From NCBI GenBank assembly GCA_902793555.1, contig CADBEF010000008.1, positions 420 through 64,419 on the forward strand: a stretch of 64,000 nucleotides of DNA, in the 5' to 3' direction. The translations under genes were made by a program, and so were the position numbers. Below the pieces are notes generated by a model. It saw only the letters and a program-made list of their open reading frames with translations, did not search any database and had not been told where the DNA came from. The first letter of the stretch is position 1. Each line of letters opens with the position of its first letter. Shown here piece after piece: positions 54,932 to 63,954 of this stretch. The DNA comes from an uncultured bacterium (GTDB lineage Bacteria > Verrucomicrobiota > Kiritimatiellia > RFP12 > UBA3636).

Positions 54932-57900
54932 ATGAAAACCCTGCCTTTCCTTCTCCTCGCCGCGGCGGCGCTCGCCGCCGGCGCCACCGAGACCGAGAAC
55001 GTCGACTTCCGCATCGTCCGCGCGCCGGGCGCGGTGGCGGTCGACGCGGAGTTCGCCGACTGGAACCTCGCCGGCTCGATCTTCTGCTGCCCCGACGTGG
55101 AGTCGTTCCGCTCGAGCTACGGCGTCTGGATCGCGGCAATGTTCGACAAGGACAACCTCTACTTCCTTTTCCGCTGGCTCGACCAGACGCCCATGAACAA
55201 CCCCGGCCTCGCGGGGAGCGACTACCCCTGGCAGGGCGACTGCATGCAGGCCCGCCTCGCGACGAGCCCCCAGTCGCGCACGGTCTGGAACGACCTGCGC
55301 CACAACACCGACACGTCGCGGCTGCCGATGAAGTTCGCGCACTTCGACCTGTGGCGCGACCGGGACGGCGTCGCCGCCGCCGGCGCGACGCTCGCGAAGG
55401 ACGCCCAGCCGAAGGGCGACGACATGGTGCCGCGCGGCGTGAAGGAGGCGTTCCGCGAGGTCGCCGGCGGCTACGTGCAGGAGGTCGCGATCCCGTGGTC
55501 GCTGATCTGCGACGGCGCCTACCGCCCCGCCGCCGGCGATTTCCTGCTGCTCACGTTCGAGCCGAACTACCGCACCACCGGCGACCAGCGCCTCACGACG
55601 AAGGACTTCTTCCGCAAGGGCGTGCAGCCCGACCGCGCGATGACCTTCATGCGCCCCGACGTGTGGGGCCGCGCCGAGTTCGTCGACCGCCTCGGCGCGC
55701 CGCAGCCGCTGCGCCTCGCCGACGGCCGCACGCTCCCCGTCTCGATGAAGGACGGCGTCCCCGAGGTGGACTGGCGCTCGCTCAAGACCGCGGCGGAGAA
55801 ACCCGGCTTCCTGCCGATCCGCTTCACGCTCGACGAGCCCGGCGAGGTGTCGGTCGTCGTGAAGAACGCCGCGGGCGAGGCCGTCGCGTGGCCGCTCTCC
55901 GCGCAACCGCTCCCGGCGGGCGCGCACGAATTCTTCTGGAACGGCCTTTCGGCCTGCTTCGACTCGCACGTCGGCGAGCCGGTCCCCGCCGGCCGCTACA
56001 CGTGGGAGGGCCTCGTCCGCAAGCCGCTCCACCTCGAGCTGGAGGGCTGGGCGCACGGCGCCGGCCCGAACCCCTACGACGTCGCCGGCGGCGGCTGGGG
56101 CGGCGACCACGGCGACCCGTGCGCCGTGGCGTGCGACGCGGAGCGCGTCTACCTCGGCTGGGAGCGCGCGGAGGCGGGCTGGGCGGTCGTCGCGACGGAC
56201 TACGACGGCAACCTGCTCTGGCACCACAAGCGCGGCGGCTTCGGCACGGCGCGCGCGCTCGCCGCGGACCGCGCGGGGCACCTCTACGTCTACGACGCCG
56301 GCCAGGGCAACGTCGTCTACCGCCTTGACGCGGCGACGGGCCGCTACGACAACTTCCCCGGCACGAAGAGCGGCGAGTTCTCGCTCGAGCCGCACGGCCT
56401 CGGCGAGGCCCGGCGGATGCGCTTCGCGGACGGCCGCCTGGAGCTCGCCTTCGAGAAGGAGGTCGTGTCCGTCGCGGTCGCGAACCTCAAGGACGTGAAG
56501 CGCCGGCCCGCGAAGCCCGAGGACCTCGCCGCGCGCGCCGTCGCGCCGGACGGCACCGTCTACGCGGCGACCGGCGCGCCCGACCACCGCATCCTCGTCT
56601 CGAAGGACGGCCGCGAGGTGCGCCGCATCGGCCGGCAGGGCGGGCGCCGCCTCTCCGGAAAGTGGGACCCCGACGGCGTCTACAACGTCGCGGACCTCGC
56701 GCTCGACGACGCGGGCTTCCTGTGGGTCGCGGAGAAAGACTCGATGCCGCGCCGCGTCTCGAAGTGGAACGCCGCGACGGGCGCGCTTGCGGGCGAGTTC
56801 TTCGGCGCGACCGTCTACGGCGCGCTCGGCGGCGCGGTCTGCCCGAGCGATCCGCACATCGTCGTGGGGCAGGGCTGCGAATGGCGGCTCGACGGCACGT
56901 CGCCCCGCGCGAAGTGCGTCGGCACCGTCGCCCGCGACGCCGGATGGGGCTGCTCGCGCTTCGGGCGCGGCCCGAAGGGCGAAACCTACCTCGCCGTGGC
57001 GGGATGGTGGATGGGCGGCGGCGGCAACGGCGTCGTGAAGATCTTCCAGCGCCTCGGCGAGGCCGACTGGCGCCTGCGCGCCACGATCTCGCAGAGCGGC
57101 AAGGGCTTCCGCGCGTGGGCCGACGAGAACGGCGACGCCACGGAGCAGCCGAACGAGGTTCGCGACGGCTCCGGCCTCGACATCGGCTCGTGGATCACCG
57201 GCTGGTACATGACGATGAACCCGGCGATGACGTGGTTCTCCGGGCGCTACGTCATCCCCGTGGCGGGGTGGACGGCATGCGGCGCGCCGATCTACGACCC
57301 GGCCAAGGTCGTGCGCATGTCCGACGAGGCCGCGAAGCACGCGGGTGGCATGGGCGCCACGGCGGGCGTCGTCTCGGAGGACGGCCGCTTCGCCATCTAC
57401 AACGCGCAGTACAACACCCAGCACTCCGCCTCGCCGTGCTACGAGGTCGCGACCGGGCGCCGCGTCTTCGCCTACCCGAACTGCTACGTCGGCGTCCACG
57501 GCGGCCACTCCGCGCCGTCCGCGCGGCGCGGGCTGATCCGCGCGGCCTACGACTTCATCGGCACCGCGAAGTTCCCCGAACCGCTCGGCAACGTCTTCGC
57601 GATCGGAACGGACAAGGGCGAGTGGCACCTCCTCAACGACAAGGGGCTCTACGTCGGGCGGCTCTTCGAGCCCGACCCGATGCGCGTCGAGTGGCCGGCC
57701 GAGTTCCGCGTCGGGACGCGCCTCGACCGCACGCCGCCCGGACAGGGCTCGGAGGACTTCGGCGGGTCGATGACGCGCGCCGACGACGGCTCGCTCCACG
57801 TGCTCTTCGGCAAGACCGCGTTCATCGTCGCAAAGGTCACGGGCCTCGAGTCCGCGAAGGCCCTGCCCGGCGGTGCAATCGACGTGAAGCCCGCCGACGT

Positions 57901-58555
57901 CGAAACCGCGAAGGGCTTCGCCGCGAAGCTGCGCTCCGGCGCGCTGCGCTCGCCCACCTGCGACTTCATGCCCGAGGAGGACGAGGTCGCCGCCGAGTCA
58001 GCGCCGTTCACCGCGACCGCGCGCTGCGAAGGCGGACGCGTCCGCTTCGAATTCGACGTCACCGACCGCACCCCGTGGGTGAACGGCGCGAGCGACTTCC
58101 GCAACCTGTACGCGATGGGCGACACGGTCGACTTCCAGCTCGCCGACGCCAACGGCGACCTGCGCCTTTCCGTCGGCCCGCTCGGTGGCGGCACCGCCGC
58201 CGCGCTCTACAAGCAGACGAGCCGGGGCGAGAAGGCGCCGCACACGTTCTACTCCGGCGTGTACCGCGACGGCGTCACGTGGGACCTCGTGAAGGAGATC
58301 CCCGTGGAGGCCGCGGTCGAGAAGCGCGCGGACGGCTACCGGATCGTCTTCTCCGTCGCCGAGAAGGACCTCGGGCTCGCCGCGCCGCTCGCCGGCCGCG
58401 CCGCGAAGGGCGACTTCGGCGTCACCTTCGGCGACGCCGCGGGCAAGGACACCGTGCTGCGCGCGTTCCGGTTCGACAAGGCCGCCGGCATCGTCTCCGA
58501 CGAGGTCGAGGAGCTCAAAATCCATCCCGCCAACTGGGGCGACCTGCAATTCTGA
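54932..58555 (+). CDS. Large secreted protein of unknown function (1207 aa), paralog of 41646-44744
   Basis: Signal peptide 'MKTLPFLLLAAAALAAGA'. The upstream in-frame ATG 54923 overlaps the -10 hexamer and is unlikely to be used. Confidence 0.75.
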   Translation: MKTLPFLLLAAAALAAGATETENVDFRIVRAPGAVAVDAEFADWNLAGSIFCCPDVESFRSSYGVWIAAMFDKDNLYFLFRWLDQTPMNNPGLAGSDYPWQGDCMQARLATSPQSRTVWNDLRHNTDTSRLPMKFAHFDLWRDRDGVAAAGATLAKDAQPKGDDMVPRGVKEAFREVAGGYVQEVAIPWSLICDGAYRPAAGDFLLLTFEPNYRTTGDQRLTTKDFFRKGVQPDRAMTFMRPDVWGRAEFVDRLGAPQPLRLADGRTLPVSMKDGVPEVDWRSLKTAAEKPGFLPIRFTLDEPGEVSVVVKNAAGEAVAWPLSAQPLPAGAHEFFWNGLSACFDSHVGEPVPAGRYTWEGLVRKPLHLELEGWAHGAGPNPYDVAGGGWGGDHGDPCAVACDAERVYLGWERAEAGWAVVATDYDGNLLWHHKRGGFGTARALAADRAGHLYVYDAGQGNVVYRLDAATGRYDNFPGTKSGEFSLEPHGLGEARRMRFADGRLELAFEKEVVSVAVANLKDVKRRPAKPEDLAARAVAPDGTVYAATGAPDHRILVSKDGREVRRIGRQGGRRLSGKWDPDGVYNVADLALDDAGFLWVAEKDSMPRRVSKWNAATGALAGEFFGATVYGALGGAVCPSDPHIVVGQGCEWRLDGTSPRAKCVGTVARDAGWGCSRFGRGPKGETYLAVAGWWMGGGGNGVVKIFQRLGEADWRLRATISQSGKGFRAWADENGDATEQPNEVRDGSGLDIGSWITGWYMTMNPAMTWFSGRYVIPVAGWTACGAPIYDPAKVVRMSDEAAKHAGGMGATAGVVSEDGRFAIYNAQYNTQHSASPCYEVATGRRVFAYPNCYVGVHGGHSAPSARRGLIRAAYDFIGTAKFPEPLGNVFAIGTDKGEWHLLNDKGLYVGRLFEPDPMRVEWPAEFRVGTRLDRTPPGQGSEDFGGSMTRADDGSLHVLFGKTAFIVAKVTGLESAKALPGGAIDVKPADVETAKGFAAKLRSGALRSPTCDFMPEEDEVAAESAPFTATARCEGGRVRFEFDVTDRTPWVNGASDFRNLYAMGDTVDFQLADANGDLRLSVGPLGGGTAAALYKQTSRGEKAPHTFYSGVYRDGVTWDLVKEIPVEAAVEKRADGYRIVFSVAEKDLGLAAPLAGRAAKGDFGVTFGDAAGKDTVLRAFRFDKAAGIVSDEVEELKIHPANWGDLQF

Positions 58556-58563
58556 ACGGACCG

Positions 58564-59727
58564 ATGAAAAACCGCAACATCTTCCTCCTGTCATCGTCCG
58601 GACCGTCCGAACTCGGGGCGATCGCGGCCGGCGTCATCGTGCAGCGCGAAGCGGCGGACTGGCGGCTGCACACGCTGCCCGAGCCCGCGAGCCGGCCGCA
58701 GCTCGCCCGCCTCCTCCGGGCGAAGCCGGACGGCTGCATCGTGCACTGCGGGCAGCACGGGAGCCGGTTCCGGGAAGCGGACTTCGGGCGCATCCCCGTC
58801 GTGTGGATGGACCGCGACCCGGCGGAGCTCGGCCCGCGCGCGCTGTGCGTCGTGCAGGACTCGAGGCCGGCCGGACGCCTCGCCGCGCGGGAGCTGCTGC
58901 GCTACGCGGACCTGGCCGTCTTCGCCTTCGCGGACCGGGCGGAGCCGGCGTTCTGGGCGGACGAACGCCGCGACGCCTTCCGCGACGAGATCGTCGCGGC
59001 GGGGCGCCCCTACCGCGAGTTCCGCGACCGGAACGCGCGGCAGCGCCGCCGCCGGCTGGCGGCGTTCCTCGCCGCGCTGCCGCGCCCGGCGGGCGTCTTC
59101 TGCGCCAACGACGGCATCGCCGGGGAAGTGCTGGAGGCGGCCGCCGCGCTCGGCATCCCGATGCCGGACGAACTGGCGGTCGTGGGCGTGGACGACACCG
59201 AGATGTTCTGCGAACAGCAGGAGCCGACGCTCACGAGCGTGCGGCCGCCGTTCGTCGCCGCGGGGCGAGCCGCCGCGCAGCTGCTCGCGCGCCGGCTCGC
59301 GAACCCGCGCATGGGCGGCGCCGTCGCGACGTTCGAGGCGACCGAGATCACGCGGCGGCAGTCCACGCGGCGCATCGAGGTGCGCGGCGCGCGCTTCGGC
59401 CGGGCGATGGAGCTGATCCGGCGCGGCGCCGCGGCGGGCGTGGGCGTGGACGACGTCGCCGCCGCGCTGGGCTGCTCGCGGCGCTCGGCGGAGATCCGCT
59501 TCCGCAAGTGGGCCGGGACGACCGTCCTGGGCGCGATCCACGCCGCGCGCGTGGACCTCGCCAAGCGCCTCCTCGCGGAGGGGGCGGTCCGCGTAGGCGA
59601 CCTCCCGTCGCGCTGCGGCTTCAAGTCCGCCTCCACCTTCCGCCGCGTCTTCACGGCCGTCGCCGGCCTTTCCCCGCTCGCCTACGCGAAGAAGGCCCGG
59701 ACCTCCTCGCGGCCCCGGGGCGCTTGA
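58564..59727 (+). CDS. XylR-like regulator: periplasmic-binding-protein-like sugar-binding domain + AraC-type HTH
   Basis: C-terminal 'GCSRRSAEIRFRKWAGTTVLGAIHAARVDLAKRLL...CGFKSASTFRRVFTAVAGLSPLAYAKK'. 8 nt after the upstream stop. Confidence 0.8.
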   Translation: MKNRNIFLLSSSGPSELGAIAAGVIVQREAADWRLHTLPEPASRPQLARLLRAKPDGCIVHCGQHGSRFREADFGRIPVVWMDRDPAELGPRALCVVQDSRPAGRLAARELLRYADLAVFAFADRAEPAFWADERRDAFRDEIVAAGRPYREFRDRNARQRRRRLAAFLAALPRPAGVFCANDGIAGEVLEAAAALGIPMPDELAVVGVDDTEMFCEQQEPTLTSVRPPFVAAGRAAAQLLARRLANPRMGGAVATFEATEITRRQSTRRIEVRGARFGRAMELIRRGAAAGVGVDDVAAALGCSRRSAEIRFRKWAGTTVLGAIHAARVDLAKRLLAEGAVRVGDLPSRCGFKSASTFRRVFTAVAGLSPLAYAKKARTSSRPRGA

Positions 59728-59753
59728 CCCGGGAGTTTGCGGTCGGGTAGAAT
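59724..59753 (+). promoter_or_regulatory. Promoter TTGACC-18-TAGAAT with ATG 8 nt downstream (leaderless-type). Overlaps the 3' end of the regulator gene
   Basis: ttgacc cgggagtttgcggtcggg tagaat ccttgccg ATGaaaacg. Confidence 0.5.
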
Positions 59754-59761
59754 CCTTGCCG

Positions 59762-61057
59762 ATGAAAACGAACGATCTCGCCTTCGATCTCGTCGTCGCC
59801 GGCGGCGGCCTCGCCGGCTGCGCCGCCGCGATCGCCGCCGCGCGCCGCGGCCTCTCCGTCCTCCTCGCCGAGCGCGAGGCCGCACTCGGCGGCGCGCCCG
59901 TCGGCAACCTCGTGATGCCGTTCATGTGGTGGCGCACCCACGTGCCGAAAGCGGGCGGCGCGCCCGGCGAAACCGAGGAGATCGACCTGGTGCGCGGCTT
60001 CTTCCTCGAGCTGGTCGAGCGCCTCCAGGCGATGGACGGCATGGAGACCGGCCGCGACTGCTGTGCGCCCTTCTCCGAACCCTACATGCGCGTCGCCCTC
60101 GACCGCCTCTGCGCCGAGGCCGGCGTGAAGGTCCTCTTCCACGCCGCGCTCGCGGGCGTCGAGAAAGAGGGCGCCCGCATCGCCGCCGCGACCTTCGCGT
60201 GCAAGGGCGGGCTCGTCCGCGCCGAGGCGCCGCTCTTCGTCGACGCCACCGGCGACGCCGACCTCGTCGCGATGGCGGGCGTCCCGTTCCGCGTCGGGCG
60301 CGAGGCCGACGGCCTCTGCCAGCCGATGACGCTCTGCTTCCGCGTCTCTGGCGTGAAGGACGGCGTCGACTGGAAAGCCGTCAACGCGCGCTGGCGGGAG
60401 GCGCAGGCGGCGGGCCGCCTCGCCAACCCGCGCGAGAACGTGCTCGTGTTCCGCCCGATGGAGCCGGGGACGGTCCACTTCAACTCCACGCGCGTCGTGA
60501 AGCTCTCGCCCGTCGATCCGTGGGCGCGATCCCGCGCCGAGGCCGTCGCGCGCGAGCAGATGCTCGAGCTCTTCGGCTTCCTGCGGGCGGAGTTCCCGGA
60601 GCACTTCGGCGCGTCCCGCATCTCCGCCGCCGCGCCCGCCGCGGGCGTTCGCGAGAGCCGGATGCTCGAGGGGAGGCACGTCCTCACGGCGGACGACCTG
60701 CTCGCCTGCACGCGCTTCCCGGACGCGATCGCCGCGGGCAACTACGACATCGACATCCACAGCCCGGACGGCTCCGGCACGAGCCACCACTACTTCGACC
60801 AGGGCCAGTGGTACACGATCCCCTACCGCTCGCTGCTGCCGCGCGAGGGCGGCGACAACCTGCTCGTCGCGGGCCGCTGCATCTCCGCCACGCACGAGGC
60901 GCAGGCCTCGATCCGCATCATGCCGATCGTGACCGCGATCGGCCAGGCGGCCGGCACGGCCGCCGCGCTCGCGCGCCGGGCCGGCGTCCTCCCGCCGGAC
61001 GTGGACGTCGGCGCGCTCCGCGACGCGCTCCGCGGCGACGGCGCGTTCCTCGGCTGA
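59762..61057 (+). CDS. FAD-dependent oxidoreductase (PF12831-like), third paralog
   Basis: 'DLVVAGGGLAGCAAAIAAARRGLSVLLAERE'. C-terminal 'TIPYRSLLPREGGDNLLVAGRCIS'. ATG chosen 8 nt after TAGAAT; the upstream TTG at 59756 is less likely. Confidence 0.8.
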   Translation: MKTNDLAFDLVVAGGGLAGCAAAIAAARRGLSVLLAEREAALGGAPVGNLVMPFMWWRTHVPKAGGAPGETEEIDLVRGFFLELVERLQAMDGMETGRDCCAPFSEPYMRVALDRLCAEAGVKVLFHAALAGVEKEGARIAAATFACKGGLVRAEAPLFVDATGDADLVAMAGVPFRVGREADGLCQPMTLCFRVSGVKDGVDWKAVNARWREAQAAGRLANPRENVLVFRPMEPGTVHFNSTRVVKLSPVDPWARSRAEAVAREQMLELFGFLRAEFPEHFGASRISAAAPAAGVRESRMLEGRHVLTADDLLACTRFPDAIAAGNYDIDIHSPDGSGTSHHYFDQGQWYTIPYRSLLPREGGDNLLVAGRCISATHEAQASIRIMPIVTAIGQAAGTAAALARRAGVLPPDVDVGALRDALRGDGAFLG

Positions 61058-61170
61058 CCGGCCGCCGCGTCCCGGAGAAGCGCCGTTCCGCGCGCGCCGC
61101 CTCGCGTCCGAGTGCGTCGGCGGATGGCATGGCCCGAAGGACGGCACGCCATTCGCGGCGGTGCAACGCG

Positions 61171-62881
61171 CTACGGCGCGGGCTCGAGCATGAGGTCCCG
61201 GAACCGGGCGATGTTCTCCGGCGTGAAGCCGAGGTCGAGGACGTAGGCCTCGACGCGCTCGTTGATCGTGTCTCCGGGCCAGCGGTCGAAACCGCGCACG
61301 AGCTTGAAGAAGAGCTTCTCGTGGTTGAAGTGCGGCGAGGGGTTCCAGAACGCCGTCGCCTCCCAGTCGAGGTAGAGCTGCTCCTCCTCCACGCCGAGCA
61401 GCGCGTTGAGGATGAACGCGACGGCGCCGGTGCGGTCCTGGCCCGCGATGCAGTGGAAGTCGATCGGATAGTTCTCCGGATCGAGGAACACGCGGAAGAC
61501 CTTCGCGAACGCCTTCCGCCCCCCCTCGTCCTGCATGCCGCCGTAGGCGGAGGACGAGACGTTGACCGCAGGTCGACGTCGGTCTTCACGCCGAGCGTCC
61601 CGAGCCAGCGGTCGCGGTTCTCGTCGTTGATGCGCGTCGTGCCGGGCTGGCGGCACTTGAGGACGTGGAAGAGCTGGTCGAGTCGGTATCGCGCGTTGTC
61701 GGCGAGCGTCTGCAGCAGCGTCGCGACGGGAACGGCGGGGGACGTCTTGCAGCACCAGCGCCAGCCGCCGGAACCGGGCTTCAGGACGACGGCGAGGAGG
61801 TTCGGGCCCTTGCGGACGCGGACGGGGAAGGCGAAGTTGTCGGCGCCGATCGGCTTCCTGTCGTTGCCTTCCCGACGGTCGAAGACGAGCTCCCCGTTCA
61901 CGTACAGCGTCCAGTACCAGTCGGCCCCGCAGCCGAGCGAAAGCCAGCCGTCGCCGGAGGCGTCGACCACGGCGAACAGCACGGCGGGGCCGACCGCCTT
62001 CGCGCGGCCGTGGATGTACCAGTCGCCGCTTTCGTTCTTGGAAAGGGCTTCGGCCGGGGTGCCGCAGAACGTCGCCGGAATCTCGCGCAGCGCGGCGAGC
62101 GCGGCCCCGCCGTCCGCGTCGAAGGCGGCCTGCGCGGGACGGAACAGCGCCCACTGCGGGGGCAGCTCGCCGGAGACGAGCTCAAGCCGCGCCGAGCCCG
62201 CGAGCTCGGCGCGCAGGCGCACGACCTCGTTGGAAAGCGCGGCCTCCTGCGCGAGGAGCGCGGCGGGGTCGGCCGCCTCCGCGAGCAGCTCCTCGCGGGT
62301 GTAGAAGACGTCGGAGGCGTTGCTGTTGAGCCCGGCGGAGCGGTAGACGAGGCCCTGCCGGACGCGGCGGCCGCCGAGGCCGACGCGCCCGCCGAGGTCG
62401 CGGACGTTCGCGGCGCGCGGTCCTCGGTGCGGAAGGTCCCGGTCGCGGCCGCGTGCCCGAAGGCGTTCGCGTGGACCGTCCATTCGTACTCGCGCGCGAT
62501 CTCGAGGTTGTCGACCTCGACGGACGTCCCGACCGTGTCCGCGCGGAAGACGGGGGTGCCGTCGGGCCGGCGGCGCACCTCGACCGTGTAGACGGTGCGT
62601 GCGCCGCCGGTCGCGTCGCCGCCGTCCCATTCGAGGCGGACCGCGGCCGGGCGGCACCCGGCCGTCTTGCGGAGCTCCGCGCGGAACGCCTCGTTGGAGT
62701 AGGCCGCGATGCGCTCCTCGTGCGGCATCGAGAGGAACGCCCTCTGCCGCTCGTTGAGGAGCGGAACGACCGCGCCCTCGGCGGGCGCGACGAGGCGCGG
62801 CGGCGCAGGCGGCTGCGCGGCGGTGGAGAGAAGGGCCGAGCCGACCAGCGCGGCGGCGAGCAGGAGGTGCGTGCGTTTCAT
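61171..62881 (-). pseudogene. Secreted protein with a C-terminal protein-tyrosine-phosphatase-fold domain (Y_phosphatase3-like, CX5R P-loop 'HCIAGQDRTG'), split across three reading frames (two frameshifts)
   Basis: Frame 1, 62881 to ~62410: signal peptide 'MKRTHLLLAAALVGSALL' plus an N-domain. Frame 2, ~62405 to ~61565: 'NVRDLGGRVGLGG...LVYRSAGL' and 'DVDLRS'. Frame 3, ~61560 to 61171: 'FHCIAGQDRTGAVAFILN'. Promoter TTGACA-17-TATCCT-8-ATG lies upstream. Confidence 0.55.
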
Positions 62882-62954
62882 GGCGCCGTAGGATACGGGA
62901 CGGCGCCGGTCGTGTCAACGAAAACGCAAGCCCGCGGGCGCCCCGTCGGGAATC

Positions 62955-62965
62955 GGGGGGGGGGG
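62955..62965 (+). repeat. Homopolymeric G11 tract in a divergent promoter region
   Basis: aatcgggggggggggcggcg. Sits between the -35 elements of the minus-strand phosphatase-like gene and the plus-strand isomerase gene. Confidence 0.9.
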
Positions 62966-63002
62966 CGGCGAAGCCGCGAGATCCGGACGATGCGGGGCGC
63001 CG

Positions 63003-63032
63003 TTGACGCGACACGCAGCGAACTGCTAGACT
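63003..63032 (+). promoter_or_regulatory. Promoter TTGACG-18-TAGACT with ATG 7 nt downstream (leaderless-type)
   Basis: ttgacg cgacacgcagcgaactgc tagact tggcccc ATGaaacga. Confidence 0.5.
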
Positions 63033-63039
63033 TGGCCCC

Positions 63040-63954
63040 ATGAAACGAACCGCGCGTCCCGCCCTCCAGCTCTACTCCATCCGCGACTACATCGCCGCAA
63101 ACGGCCTGCCGCGCGCCCTCGAGGAGGTCGCCGGGCTCGGCTACGAGGGCGTCGAGTTCGCGGGGTACTGGGGCTTTTCCGCGCCCGAGCTGGCGAGGAT
63201 GCTCGCCGACGCCGGCCTCGTCGCGTGCGGCACGCACGTCGACCGGTCGGCCTTCTCGCCGGAGAGGGTCGCCGAGACCTGCGGCTTCGAGCGCGCCTAC
63301 GGCAACTCGCTCGTCGTCTGCCCCGGCGGCGGCAACATGCCGCCCGGCGTCGACTGGGGCCATCCCGACGCGCCGCCCTCGGCGGAGATCGACGACTTCG
63401 TGAAGCGCCTCTGCGACGACTACAACCGGGCCGCCGCCGACTGCGCGCGCCACGGCTGCCGCGTCGGCCTCCACAACCACGCATGGGAGTTCGCCGTCAG
63501 GATGACGGACGGCACGACGTTCTGGGACTACTTCCTCCGGAACACCGACCCGGCCGTGGCGATGGAGCAGGACGTGGGCTGGACGGTCGCCGCGGGCGTC
63601 GACCCCGCCGCGCAGTACCGTGCCTATCCGCACCGCTCGCTGACGCTCCACGCCAAGGAGAACGGCCGCGACGACGATCCGTCCTTCGACGCGATCCTCG
63701 GCCGCCCCGGCGCCTCGCGCGGCGTCGACTGGGGCGCGGTCCTCGCCGCCGCCGCCGCGGACGGCGTCGAGTGGCTCGTCGTCGAGTGCGAGAAGCGCTG
63801 CGACGGCCTCGTCGCCGCCGCGGGCTCCCTCGAGTTCCTCCGGGGCGTCGCCCCCTCCCCACGCGGCGCGAGCACGTGTCGCGGGACGAATGCCGCTCCG
63901 AGCGGAACCGTTGCCACGCGCGGCGGGCGGTCGCGTCGCGACGCGCCGCGCTAG
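63040..63954 (+). CDS. Sugar phosphate isomerase/epimerase (xylose-isomerase-like TIM barrel)
   Basis: 'GYEGVEF', 'GLHNHAWEF', 'WLVVECE' family-typical motifs. C-terminal ~40 aa are low-complexity, so the true stop may be earlier. Confidence 0.7.
   Translation: MKRTARPALQLYSIRDYIAANGLPRALEEVAGLGYEGVEFAGYWGFSAPELARMLADAGLVACGTHVDRSAFSPERVAETCGFERAYGNSLVVCPGGGNMPPGVDWGHPDAPPSAEIDDFVKRLCDDYNRAAADCARHGCRVGLHNHAWEFAVRMTDGTTFWDYFLRNTDPAVAMEQDVGWTVAAGVDPAAQYRAYPHRSLTLHAKENGRDDDPSFDAILGRPGASRGVDWGAVLAAAAADGVEWLVVECEKRCDGLVAAAGSLEFLRGVAPSPRGASTCRGTNAAPSGTVATRGGRSRRDAPR

Noticed and set aside
61058-61170. Possible hairpin (ggatggcatggccc / ggacggcacgccattc) between convergent genes
   Set aside because: The arms are similar rather than complementary. 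Only ~11 of 16 positions pair.
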